Source: Nitrosopumilus sp. (GTDB lineage: Archaea; Thermoproteota; Nitrososphaeria; Nitrososphaerales; Nitrosopumilaceae). From it: a stretch of DNA of 64,000 bases. Position 1 is the first letter of the stretch. Each line of letters starts with the position of its first letter. Made by a program: the position numbers and the translations under genes. The notes under the pieces are model-generated. The model was not told the origin of the DNA and made no database searches. It saw only the letters and a list, made by a program, of their open reading frames with translations. Location: the NCBI GenBank assembly GCA_965219345.1, contig OZ244732.1:32001-96000 (forward strand), given 5' to 3'. Shown piece by piece: positions 33,147-44,200 of this stretch.

Positions 33147-34159
33147 GAAACAGGAATTGTTTCTTCTAAAGTAAAGGATTTTTCTACGAAATATTCAACT
33201 CGTGTTTTTTTGAATTCACGAGAACTAAAGAGAATGTCATAATCATCAACGTTGATTTGATCTTGTATTGTCTTTGCCACCTCATGTGCCTCACCATGAG
33301 TTTTACAATGAATCATTGAAAAGACATTGTATGGCCAGTCAGCATATGTAGGTCTCTCATAGCAATGACTAACTTGAGGAAATGCGCCTAGCTTTTCTCC
33401 AACTTCGGATATTCGGTCTTCAGGAACTTTCCAAACTATCATTCCATTTGCAGTAAATCCAATTTGTCTGTGTCTTAAGATTGCTGCAAATCTTCTCATT
33501 ACTCCAATGTCTTCATAATATTTCATCTTGTCAAACAATTCATTTTCAGTAATTCCAAGATTGTTTGCAGCCTTTACAAATGGTTCGTCAATAATTTCCA
33601 TGTCTTTTTGTAATTCACGGATAAAGTCTTTGTCTTGTTCAGTGGGTTCAAATTTTACATTTTTAATCTCTTTTTTTTCCTCAGTGGGTGCAACCTCATG
33701 TTTCTTTTCATCTACCATGTCAAGCTTTACACCAATCTTGAATAGTTGTAAAGTAGGAAGCATTCTTATTTTTTTAATTCCTTTTAGTACGTTAAACTTG
33801 TCAATCTCTGTCTTCAAATCAGAACCAGGTGGAACAGCTAAGGTAAACCAAAGATTGAACTGATGTTCACGTTCATAGTTATGGCTAACACCAGGGTGAC
33901 GATTAATTTGACTTGCTACATATTCTAGTTTGTCATGCTCAATCTCCATTGCAACTAGAGAACTTGTGTAACCAAGCTTTCGGGTATCAAAAATGGCACT
34001 TAGTTGTCTTAGAACGCCAATTTCTTTTAGGTTGTTTAGTCGTTCTTTGATAATTTTTGGGGTAGTATCAAATTTTTTAGCAATAGCATCAAAAGGTCTT
34101 GTTACAAGTGGAAATGTCCATTGAATTTCATTGAGTAATTCCTTATCCAATTCATCCAT
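33143..34159 (-). CDS. ahbAB: Siroheme decarboxylase AhbA/AhbB fusion (Lrp/AsnC fold)
   Basis: VSHNYER and VSHCYERP halves; divergent from the hem genes. Confidence 0.88.
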   Translation of the reverse strand: MDELDKELLNEIQWTFPLVTRPFDAIAKKFDTTPKIIKERLNNLKEIGVLRQLSAIFDTRKLGYTSSLVAMEIEHDKLEYVASQINRHPGVSHNYEREHQFNLWFTLAVPPGSDLKTEIDKFNVLKGIKKIRMLPTLQLFKIGVKLDMVDEKKHEVAPTEEKKEIKNVKFEPTEQDKDFIRELQKDMEIIDEPFVKAANNLGITENELFDKMKYYEDIGVMRRFAAILRHRQIGFTANGMIVWKVPEDRISEVGEKLGAFPQVSHCYERPTYADWPYNVFSMIHCKTHGEAHEVAKTIQDQINVDDYDILFSSREFKKTRVEYFVEKSFTLEETIPVS

Positions 34160-34262
34160 GGAAGTCAATATGTCAGTAACTCGTTCATTCAATTAAAAAT
34201 GTAGCTAGGATTTTACGCGTTGATTTTTAATACATAAATAGAAACTCAAATCCTTTTGATCG

Positions 34263-34916
34263 ATGATAGTTGATCTAAATCTTCATGATAAAACAATAAT
34301 TGTTATTGGTGGTGGAAATGAGGCACAAAAAAGAATCAATTCCTTGTTAAACCAAGATTGCAAGATTCTAGTAATCAGCGATTCTGTTAACTCACAAATT
34401 AACAAGCTAGTAAAAGCAAAAAAAATCAAATTGAAAAAACAAAAAATTCACGATACAAAATTTATTTCAAAGCTAAAACCAAATATGATAATTACAACTA
34501 CCAATAACAAAAGTCTTAATCAAAAAATCATCAATAGTGCAAAAAAAAGTAAGATTATTGCATATAGTTCTGATAATCCTGAAGACAGTGACTTTTCAAA
34601 TCCCGCTATAATTGATTTTGAAAATATGATTCAGATTGCAATTTTTACAGGTGGTCGTAGTCCAGCAATGTCAAAGAAGATTAGAATTCAATCAGAGAAA
34701 ATATTCAAGAAGATTATTACAAAAGAAGACATTATCCAAATCAAGATTCAAAAGATCGCAAGAAAACTAGCAAAAGAAAGCATCCCAACTCAAACTCAAA
34801 GAAGAGAATACATACGTAGTATCATGAATGACAATGAGATTGATCAATTAATAAAAGACGGTCAGTTGAAAAAAGCTGAAAAGAAAGCAATTACAAAAAT
34901 GAGGAATTGGAAATGA
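34263..34916 (+). CDS. sirC: Precorrin-2 dehydrogenase/sirohydrochlorin ferrochelatase
   Basis: IGGGNEA, DFSNPA, TGGRSPA. Confidence 0.9.
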   Translation: MIVDLNLHDKTIIVIGGGNEAQKRINSLLNQDCKILVISDSVNSQINKLVKAKKIKLKKQKIHDTKFISKLKPNMIITTTNNKSLNQKIINSAKKSKIIAYSSDNPEDSDFSNPAIIDFENMIQIAIFTGGRSPAMSKKIRIQSEKIFKKIITKEDIIQIKIQKIARKLAKESIPTQTQRREYIRSIMNDNEIDQLIKDGQLKKAEKKAITKMRNWK

Positions 34917-36178
34917 ATCAAAATATTATCAATGCACGTGTAACTTTTCGGAACTCACCAATCCACATTCTCGAGCAGTTTACAATAAAAAATGTGGAAA
35001 ATGCATATGAGCAATTTAAGAAGCATTCAGGATTAGATGAATGTGTAATTATTCAAACATGCAACAGGATTGAGTTGTTTGGTAAATCAAAAACATATGA
35101 TCTAGACAAAATCAAGAAGACATGGGCATTACTTACTGGACTTGAAGAAGACATATTTAATGAAAACCTGGAATTTGTTGAAAACCAAGAGGCACTACAT
35201 CATCTGTTAAAATTAACATCAGGATTAGATTCCGTGGTATTAGGAGAAGAGCAGATTCTGGGTCAGATAAAAAATTCCATTACTTCTGCTAGAAAGATAA
35301 AAGCATCTGGGCAACATCTTAACACTTTATTTGACAAGGCAATTAGAATTGGTACTAGAATTAGAAACTCTAGTGGAATTGGTCGTGGTGGAATTTCAGT
35401 TGGCTCCGTAGCAGTAAAGCTTGCAGAAGAAAACATTGATGAACTAAAGACAAAGAAAATTTTACTAATTGGATCTGGAGAAGTATCCACTCTTGTTGCA
35501 AAATCATTACAAAAAAGAGGATATGCCTTTGATGTAACAAGCAGAACAATTCAAAGATCACAAGGATTTTGTGAGACAATGGGAGGAAAACCAATCAAAT
35601 TTGAAGAAGTTCTTTCAGGATTTGAAAATTATGATGTGTTATTTGTTGCAACAACAGCACCATATTTTCTTGTAACATATGAAAAAATCATTGAGGCCAT
35701 GAAAGACAAGAAAAAGGGAATAATGATTTTAGATTTATCAAATCCAAGAACAGTAGATGAGAAAGTTGCAACTATTGGTGGCGTAAAATTGATGAATCTT
35801 GACCAAATTGCAGAGATGGTTGAAAAGAACATGAAGGCACGATTAAACAAAGTGAAAACCATTGAAAATATAATTAACGAGGAAGTATCTGTATTAGAGG
35901 CCTCAATGAAAAGACTAGATGCAGAACCACTTGTAAAAGACGTATTCAAGAATATAGATTATCTTAGGGAAAAAGAATTACAAAAAGCACTTCAAATGCT
36001 TGATGAAAAAGATGAGAAAAAGATCAAGATTATTGATGAATTAACAAAAGCAGTTGTTGAAAGCATTGTTTCAACTCCAATGAACAATATCAGAAAAGCA
36101 TCGGAGCAAGGCAAGCCTGATGTAGTGGAGCTAGCAAGCAAACTGTTTGACTATAAAAAACAGAATCAGGCAGACTAG
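34907..36178 (+). CDS. hemA: Glutamyl-tRNA reductase
   Basis: QTCNRIE, SGLDSVVLGEEQILGQ. Confidence 0.97.
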   Translation: MEMNQNIINARVTFRNSPIHILEQFTIKNVENAYEQFKKHSGLDECVIIQTCNRIELFGKSKTYDLDKIKKTWALLTGLEEDIFNENLEFVENQEALHHLLKLTSGLDSVVLGEEQILGQIKNSITSARKIKASGQHLNTLFDKAIRIGTRIRNSSGIGRGGISVGSVAVKLAEENIDELKTKKILLIGSGEVSTLVAKSLQKRGYAFDVTSRTIQRSQGFCETMGGKPIKFEEVLSGFENYDVLFVATTAPYFLVTYEKIIEAMKDKKKGIMILDLSNPRTVDEKVATIGGVKLMNLDQIAEMVEKNMKARLNKVKTIENIINEEVSVLEASMKRLDAEPLVKDVFKNIDYLREKELQKALQMLDEKDEKKIKIIDELTKAVVESIVSTPMNNIRKASEQGKPDVVELASKLFDYKKQNQAD

Positions 36179-36209
36179 GATTATATTTTACCCAAGGAGA
36201 ATTTCTAAT

Positions 36210-37190
36210 ATGTCATTTCCTTCTAGACGTCTTCGTAGACTGAGAACATCGGAAAAAATGAGAGAATTGGTTCAACAGACCACACTTTCTCCAAAAGATT
36301 TCATTTGTCCAGTATTTGTTCAAGAAGATCTTAAGACTAGAGTTAAGATAGAATCAATGTCAGAAATTGAGAGACTTTCTTTAGATGACATTAATGATGA
36401 AGTTGGAACCATTAGTGATTTAGGAATTCCTGCAATCATGCTTTTTGGAATTCCAACCAAAAAAGATGACGCGGGATCTTCTGCATTTGATGATAATGGA
36501 ATTGTTCAAAAAGCAATTACTCAGATTAGACAAAATTTTGGAGATAAAATAGTGATAATGGCAGACGTTTGTCTCTGCCAGTTTACATCTACTGGACATT
36601 GTGGAATTATTAAGGAAGACAAGATTGAAAATGATACTAGTCTTGACACACTTTCCAAGATTGCTGTCAGTCAAGCAAAGGCAGGAGTTGATACTGTATC
36701 ACCATCTGCAATGATGGACGGTCAAGTTGCTGCAATAAGAAAGTCGCTTGATGAAGAAGGGTTCACAGATGTTTCAATAATGTCACATTCAGCAAAACAT
36801 CGTTCAAACTTTTATGCACCATTTAGAGATGCAGCGGAATGTGCACCAAAGTTTGGAGATAGAAAGACATACCAAGTTCCATATACAAACTCTAGAGAAG
36901 CAATGTTGGAAGTAGAAACAGACATTGGTGAAGGAGTAGATATTGTAATGATTAAACCTGCATTATCTTACTTGGATTTAATAGCAGAGACAAGAAGGAG
37001 ATTCAATATTCCTGTTGCAGCATACAGTGTTTCCGGGGAATATGCATTAGTAAAAGCTGCTTCGCAACTAGGTTATGTAAATGAAAAAGACATTACAGAA
37101 GAGATTCTATATTCAATTAAAAGAGCAGGGGCCGACATGATAGTAACATATTTTGCAAAATCAGCCTCAAGGTTTCTTCAAGAATCATGA
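36210..37190 (+). CDS. hemB: Porphobilinogen synthase
   Basis: DVCLCQFTSTGHCG, SAMMDG, MIKPA. Confidence 0.97.
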   Translation: MSFPSRRLRRLRTSEKMRELVQQTTLSPKDFICPVFVQEDLKTRVKIESMSEIERLSLDDINDEVGTISDLGIPAIMLFGIPTKKDDAGSSAFDDNGIVQKAITQIRQNFGDKIVIMADVCLCQFTSTGHCGIIKEDKIENDTSLDTLSKIAVSQAKAGVDTVSPSAMMDGQVAAIRKSLDEEGFTDVSIMSHSAKHRSNFYAPFRDAAECAPKFGDRKTYQVPYTNSREAMLEVETDIGEGVDIVMIKPALSYLDLIAETRRRFNIPVAAYSVSGEYALVKAASQLGYVNEKDITEEILYSIKRAGADMIVTYFAKSASRFLQES

Positions 37191-37498
37191 GAGATGACGA
37201 ACGTTATGAGATTCTAAGAGCATTTGACCAATTACCACATATTGTAGGCTCAGGTTGGGCAGTAGTTTGGTTCAGAATGAAAGGGATCAAAACACCCACA
37301 AGAGAAGAATATCGACAGAAAACTCTGGAATATCTAAAGATGATTGAGCCTGTCTTTGACTCTTATCCAAAAGATGAAGAATTTGCAGCTATTTGCAAGT
37401 ACATTGAATTTAGAAAAAATGATGCATATGAGAAGATAAAATCAGGAGAAAATGAAGAGGTTGAAAAGCGATATGACAGATATGTGGATTATGGCTAA
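37187..37498 (+). CDS. Conserved hypothetical protein
   Basis: 103-aa ORF coupled to the hemB stop (ATGA). Confidence 0.7.
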   Translation: MRDDERYEILRAFDQLPHIVGSGWAVVWFRMKGIKTPTREEYRQKTLEYLKMIEPVFDSYPKDEEFAAICKYIEFRKNDAYEKIKSGENEEVEKRYDRYVDYG

Positions 37499-38115
37499 AT
37501 TTCCTGTCTTAGTTGATTCAAAAATTCTCTTAGTATTCTAGTTCTCTTCTTTGCTTCTGCTTTTCCAGATTTTGTGTTCATTAATGGTTCTAGTTTGAGT
37601 AACTTTTGAAAGAAATGATCAACTGTCCAAGTTTTATCATCCAGAATTCTTTGTTTACAGAAAGGATCCTCAATGTTATAAAACGGTCTCTTCAGTGAAC
37701 CTCCTGTAGCAAAAACTCTTGCAATTCCTATTGCCCCTAATGCATCTAATCTATCTGCATCCTGGAGTATTTGTCCCTCAAGAGTTTTAGGAATTTTGTT
37801 TTGTGAAAAACTATGATCACGAATTGCATCTGAAATTATTGTAATTTCTTCTTTTGAAAAATCAAATTTTTTAAGTATCTTTTTTGATTTTTTTGCACTT
37901 TTAATTGAAGACATTTTTGAACGTTTGTCAGATTTTGGATATGATACTATATCATGTAACAAAGCAGCGCTTAGAACCAACTTTTCATTTGATTTTTCTT
38001 TTTTACAGATTTTTTTGGCATTTTTGTATACTCTCATAGTATGCTCAAAGTCGTGCGCAGAATCATTTTCCATTCTTTTTTTTACTTCATTTTTAAGAGA
38101 ATCAAGAACTTTCAT
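37495..38115 (-). CDS. HD-domain phosphohydrolase
   Basis: AHDFEH, ALLHDI, QDADRLDALGAIG. Confidence 0.9.
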   Translation of the reverse strand: MKVLDSLKNEVKKRMENDSAHDFEHTMRVYKNAKKICKKEKSNEKLVLSAALLHDIVSYPKSDKRSKMSSIKSAKKSKKILKKFDFSKEEITIISDAIRDHSFSQNKIPKTLEGQILQDADRLDALGAIGIARVFATGGSLKRPFYNIEDPFCKQRILDDKTWTVDHFFQKLLKLEPLMNTKSGKAEAKKRTRILREFLNQLRQEI

Positions 38116-38736
38116 TTAGAATCTCCACAGTTTTGGTTTGATAAATTTTATTTTTCTCTGAGTGATTAAAATTGTCCAGTTTATTGATGCAAAAAGAACA
38201 ACTACCCCAATTCCAATACCATCAATTAATAAAATTCCAGTAAGACGGTCTTCGAAGATTTCCAGAAAAGGTGTCAAAACTGCATTTCCAAAATATATCA
38301 TAATAACATAAGATACGGTTCTGCCAAACCAAAATCCAATATAGATTCCAATACTTTTGGCACGCATTAACCCATATGTAATAAACAACATATTGCTTGG
38401 AAGTGGGGTAGCACCAAACAGAAAAGATGCTATGACATAACCATACTTTTTATGATTCAGATAATCTCCAATCATGTCAAGATTAGATTTTTGCTCTTCT
38501 GCAACAAATTTTCTAAAATATCCGCTAATCTTTTTTAGAAAAAATCGACCTATAGTTGCTCCAGTTGCACCTACCACTGCAAGAATGATGATATTGAGGC
38601 TAGGATCAAGAAGATAAAATGATGTCAAGACTATCCAGCTGGGCGGCATTAAGATTGGTGCAGCGTTTACTCCAATCAGAATTAGAAAAATTCCAAAATA
38701 CGAATATTCCCCAAAAATTTCAAAAATATCCATCAT
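38116..38736 (-). CDS. DedA/VTT-like membrane protein
   Basis: Multiple hydrophobic helices, ATPLPS. Confidence 0.75.
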   Translation of the reverse strand: MMDIFEIFGEYSYFGIFLILIGVNAAPILMPPSWIVLTSFYLLDPSLNIIILAVVGATGATIGRFFLKKISGYFRKFVAEEQKSNLDMIGDYLNHKKYGYVIASFLFGATPLPSNMLFITYGLMRAKSIGIYIGFWFGRTVSYVIMIYFGNAVLTPFLEIFEDRLTGILLIDGIGIGVVVLFASINWTILITQRKIKFIKPKLWRF

Positions 38737-38884
38737 CTTTCTAAGATTATACCACTTTTTTTATTTCTAAATCCTTGGATTTGGAGTCAGTCATAAAAAA
38801 ATTTCATTATGATCTATAAAATTAAAAGAATTACATGCTTTTCAAAACAATGATCATGTATTGTAATAAATTGGATCAATTGTT

Positions 38885-40230
38885 GGTTCTCCCATACGAA
38901 ATCGTCTCTTATCCTACTGCGGGCCATTCTCAGTGTGCTTTGCTGAATCAGGACATTTCTGATTTGTCTTGCATCTTCTTATACTTTCTTTGCGTCAGCT
39001 CATGATTCTGTGTGCGGTATTCTTCCATGTTTGTTAGCATGTACCAATTATCTCAGGCATCTGCCTTGCAGCAGCTGCAGCTGCTGCAGCTGCTATCCTT
39101 GCCTTTTGTTTTCCTCTCCTTTTTGCAATTCTCAAGTAAAATGATTCCATCCTTGGATCAAATCGTATCGTAGTATTTGCAGCCTCCTCTACCTTGCATT
39201 GCGCAACCATGCAGAACCCCGTTTTGTTATTCCGCCTCCTTTTTGTGTTTTCCAGTCCCTGTGCGATGGTGCAAGTCCCGCATGAGACGAGTTTCTCTGC
39301 TGTTGCAAATCCGTTAATGTCAACTATCTCTGAGATTATTGTCAGTGCCGTGACATAACTTATTCCAGGGATTGTCATGACTAACCTTGTTCTTTCATCC
39401 TCGTTGCTAATTGTAGCAATTTTTGTCTCAAATGTGCCAATCTGTTTTTGATTCATATTGATATTTTCAAGATATGCATCCATTGCCATCCTGTCAACTT
39501 CGGTCAGATTGATTTCATGCAGCCATCCGTTCCTTTCTGTGAGAAGGTCTTTATTGTCGGTTGGGTGTAATCGTATTTTGCAAGTATTGCATAAATCATG
39601 TTTTTGTGTTTTGAGACACTTTGTACACGATTCAGTCTTGTTCTTGCCAGACTGCGCAGGTCCCGGTAGTATTTTTCTGGCACAAATGACTCATACACCA
39701 TCATGTCCGATCTTAGCAGGTCCGCCAATACGTCTGAATCAAGCTTGTCGTTTTTGAGTTTTGCCTGTGCTATTATTTGGTCTTTGCAGGGTGTGCAAGA
39801 ACGGTGTCAATGCCGTTATCCTCTAATGTGTCATGCAGTCTAATCCAATAGTTGGCAGTTGATTCACACACTGCCTGTATGTCTTTACCATATGTCTTTT
39901 TGATGTGTTTGATAAAACCCATTATTCCATGTGTGGTGTTCTCAAAGCTTGACTGTTCTAGCTTTTTTCTAGTATCTTTTTTTATTGTTGCAACGCAGTT
40001 TTTCTTATGAACGTCAATTCCCATGCTGATCATGTTATCACCTCCTTTCTGATCAAATTGCCTGATAAAGCGGAATGCTCCCATTTACCATCATCATCTG
40101 TGTGTGGTATTTTGTTTTCCGCTCGCTTTGAGTCAGTCTGTCAAACGCCCTTGTACATGGCAGTAACCCTTCGACTCTCAGGCCCAATAGTAACAATACA
40201 TCACAGGATATAGAAAAGATTTCGTATAAC
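38885..40230 (-). mobile_element. IS110-family element with frameshifted DEDD recombinase (start 40033) and 5' non-coding end
   Basis: GIDVHKK, CESTANYW, TIPGISYVTA, RRGKQKARIA; inverted ATACGAAATC at 38894 and 40218. Confidence 0.88.
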
Positions 40231-40287
40231 GTCTGTCAACTTATCGTATCTTCTTCCAAGTGTTAACATACGTCGCTTTCTGAAAAA

Positions 40288-40362
40288 TGCGGGCAGCTGG
40301 ATTTGACCCCACGTCTTTCCATTCGCAGAAGAACATCTTAAACCAAGCTAGGCCATACCGGC
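40288..40362 (-). pseudogene. Degenerate tRNA-like sequence (possibly Arg-GCG)
   Basis: GCCGGTA-TG-GCCTAGCTTGGTTTAAGA...CT-GCG-AA...GTGGGGTCAAATCCAGC-TGCCCGC-A; cloverleaf with several mismatches. Confidence 0.6.
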
Positions 40363-40497
40363 AAAAATGAAAATTGCCCACATTCTGCGAATAGGCACTG
40401 CCATGCCCAATGAGAGGCGTTTGTCCTTACCGTGATTTATAATTACACGGGACGCAGGACAAAATGTGTCGGGACACGCTTGTTTTGTAAAAGTAAA

Positions 40498-40890
40498 TTA
40501 TAAAAAGTTATTACTCGAAATTTTTACTGATACTTGCATTTTGGATGATTGTTTTCCACTTGTTATCACCCCTGTCCTCAATTCCCGCCCTATCTGCCGG
40601 AGTATCGCCATCCAATCCGCGTGAGGTCCAATATAATTATGATATAACTTGATTCCCGTAATGGCTGGTGAATCATCTTTTTTTAATCCTCCAAAGATCT
40701 TCTCACGATCCCCGAACTCTCCGTTTAATCTTTCTTGGATATTGTTGTTTGCCACTTGATTTCTAAAATGAACTTCCTTGACATGTTTGCTTGGCTTGTG
40801 CAGAAAATTCTTTGGAGCATATTTTTTTTTTTTTTGAATGCATCGTTGTAAGCTGGCAATCCATCTGTGACAATAACTCCGGGAATACAT
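40498..40890 (-). pseudogene. C-terminal fragment of an IS6-like DDE transposase
   Basis: NNNIQERLNGEFGDREK..GLKK.DSP...YHNYIGPH; frameshifted. Confidence 0.7.
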
Positions 40891-41116
40891 GTTCCAAACA
40901 TAATGAATATGGCAGAGTCTACAAATGAATCAGTGATATTCCTTGGAGTATCAACTATGGGGCTGCCGGTAGGGGTGTATGTTTATCTCCGGCATTTAGC
41001 CTACAGGATACAAAAAAACAATCCTCCGTAACGATAAGATTCCAGACCAAAGACAGTGTCATGCGTGACGTAACCATACAGGCAAACGCGATTGCGGCTT
41101 TCTCAGTACCGTACAT

Positions 41117-41276
41117 ACACACGCACACACGCACACACGCACACACGCACACACGCACACACGCACACACGCACACACGCACACACGCACACACGCACAC
41201 ACGCACACACGCACACACGCACACACGCACACACGCACACACGCACACACGCACACACGCACACACGCACACACGC
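41117..41276. repeat. Perfect microsatellite (ACACACGC)x20
   Basis: Counted directly; lies 7 bp beyond the giant gene stop codon. Confidence 0.97.
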
Positions 41277-41283
41277 ACGCGCA

Positions 41284-44200
41284 CTATCCGACTATTGATT
41301 CCGCCCAGCCGCGCTCCATCAATGGCTGTACCGAGCGGTCAAGGAGGCAGGCAAGATCATCTCTCAGGTTCTTGACCATCGTAAAGCCCGGCTTGCATTC
41401 CATGTCGCCTTCAGATGCGCTGCGACTACTACTGGACTGGGACTGGGACTTTTTTGACGTATCGGATGCGTCGTCATCGTCATCATCATATGTCTTCTCG
41501 CCAACGCACTGTTTTATGCTGATGCTTTCGTTTCTAATGTTGCTGTCCCGTCCCGCTATGTCCGCCAGCAGTATGCCAAGGTATGTCTCGGAAGGCCCCA
41601 TGTGGGATGTGAATACCTTGCTGCCGGGTATTCTTTCATCGGATAGGCTGGCCTCGGCCAGGCCGCCAATGGAGGTTCTGACGGATACCGACAGCGTAGA
41701 CGAGTCATCACCGGTTATTATTCTGACTAGGCCCGTCTCACAGTTCCATGAAACGCCGTAAAGCTCAATGTCGGACAGGGGCTCTCCGCTAGGACTGACG
41801 CCAGTACGGCCGCTGCTACCGCCACCACCGCCACCACCGCCGCCGCCACCGCCGCCGCTTCTGCCGCTCTTTTCGGGCTTTCTTTCCGGTTCAGGTCTTG
41901 GATCCTCCGTATCATCCACAACGGGCGGTGCAATGTTGTTTGTAACCAGATCTGCCGCAAAGCTGGCAAGCGAGTTTGGCTGTGGGAATAGCGTAAATGG
42001 TTCGGGCAGCGCGTATTGGTATATGGCAGTGTTGTTACTGCCTACGACAAACATCTGCATTCCGTCAGCAGAGAAGGCTATGCCTAACGGGAAGATGTCT
42101 TGTGGAACTACTGAAAAAGAGCCGGCAAAGGTGGCAGTGGATACGGTAAAGGGGGCGGTTAGCGCGTACTCGTATACGGCATTATCATTGGAATCTACGA
42201 CAAACATCCTTGTTCCGTTGGCAGAGAAGGCCAGGCCTGCCGGGGATGATACCTGCGATGCCACTGAGAAGGAGCTGTCAAAGGTGACAGCTGCAGACAG
42301 GTCAAACGGCACGGTTAGCGCGTACTCGTATACGGCATTATCATTGGAATCTACGACAAACATCCTTGTTCCGTTGGCAGAGAAGGCCAGGCCTGCCGGG
42401 GATGATACCTGCGATGCCACTGAGAAGGAGCTGTCAAAGGTGACAGCTGCAGACAGGTCAAACGGCACGGTTAGCGCGTACTCGTATACGTTTTGATTAC
42501 TATCACCCAGAACAAACATCCTGGTACCGTTGGCAGAGAAGGCCAGGTCTACTGGAATCGTGTCCCGTGGCACTGAGGAAGAGTTGGTAAAGGTGGCGGA
42601 AGATACGTCAAAGGGGGGGGTTAGCGCGTACTCGTATACGTTTTGATCATCACCATCCAGAACAAACATCTTGGTACCGTTAGCAGAGAAGGCCAGGCCT
42701 GATAGGAGTGTGTCTTGTAAGGACACGGAGAAGGAGCCAACAAGGAAGGCAGAAGCGGCAGGAATGTCATCTATGCTGCCCGTGGTTTTGGCGTATGCCA
42801 GATGGATGACATCGTCATGATCAAGCGTATCGTTAAGGGTAAGGGTGACCGTGTCTGCGGCGGCCGTGATTGCAGTTACGGTTGGGTCTGCGGATATGGT
42901 GCCGGATAGCGCAAAGTCTCCGGGTGCCGCACCGTTTATTGTGACGTCTTCGGACAGTACGACGTCAATTGTCGATGTGCTGGTAGTTGCAATGGAGGAC
43001 ACGATTGGCGGCGCGTCATCGGTTGTGCCGGTAAAGGTCTGGCTCGCTGCCGGGTTTGATGCGGTGTCTATCACGGTGCCAAGTGAATCGGTGTAGGTTA
43101 TATCCGGAGTATCGGATGTGTCGGTGATGCCGGAGACGGCAAGGGTTATGGCGTTACCCGAGCCTGCGGGATTGGTGTTTGCTGTCACCGTTCCGGTGGA
43201 AAGGGTGAATCCTTCGCCGTTTGTGGTTGTGACGTCTATGTTCTCGCTGTACGTCAGGGTTATGCTGGTAGCCGAGGTCACGGCAGCTGCGGTGATTGTT
43301 GGCGGAATAGTATCTGGCAGCGCCGTGGTGCCGGCAAAGGTCTGGCTCGCTGCCGGGTTTGATGCGGTGTCAACCACGGTGCCAAGCGAATCGTCATAGG
43401 TTATAGATGGAGCATCGGATGCCGTGATGCCGGAGACGGTAAGCGTTATGGTGTTGCCCGAACTTGCGGGATCGGTGTTTGCCGTCACCGTTCCTCCGGT
43501 GGTGGAAAGGGTGAATCCTTGGCCGTCTGTGGTTGTGACGTCTATGTTCTCGCTGTACGTCAGGGTTATGCTGGTAGCCGAGGTCACGGCAGCTGCGGTG
43601 ATTTCCGGTGGAATAGTATCTGGCAGCGCCGTGGTGCCGGCAAAGGTCTGGTCTTCTGCCTGGTTTGATGCGGTGTCAACCACGGTGCCAAGCGAATCGT
43701 CATAGGTTATAGATGGAGCATCGGATGCCGTGATGCCGGAGACGGTAAGCGTTATGGTGTCGTCCGAACCGGCGGGATCGGTGTTTGCCGTCACTTCCCC
43801 GTCAGAGAGAGCAAATCCTGCGCCGTTTGTGGTTGTGACGTCTATGTTCTCGCTGTACGTCAGGACTATGCTGATAGCCGAGGTCACGGCAGCTGCGGTG
43901 ATTTCCGGTGGAATAGTATCTGGCGGCGCCGTGGTGCCGGTAAAGGTCTGGCTCGCTGCCGGGTTTGATGCGCTGTCTGTCACGGTGCCATCAGACTCGG
44001 TGTAAATCACGTTTGGAGCATCGGATGCTGTGATGCCGGAGACGGTAAGCGTTATGGTGTCGTCCGAACCGGCGGGATCGGTGTTTGCCGTCACTTCCCC
44101 GTCAGAGAGAGCAAATCCTGCGCCGTTTGTGGTTGTGACGTCTATGTTCTCGCTGTACGTCAGGACTATGCTGATAGCCGAGGTCACGGCAGCTGCGGTG

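Noticed and set aside
31031-37190. Heme/siroheme cluster and orphan sufC as novel systems
   Set aside because: These look like ordinary thaumarchaeal core genes; nothing unusual is visible in the sequence.
40955-41375. His/Thr-rich and Cys/Val-rich ORFs
   Set aside because: They are translations of the ACACACGC microsatellite.
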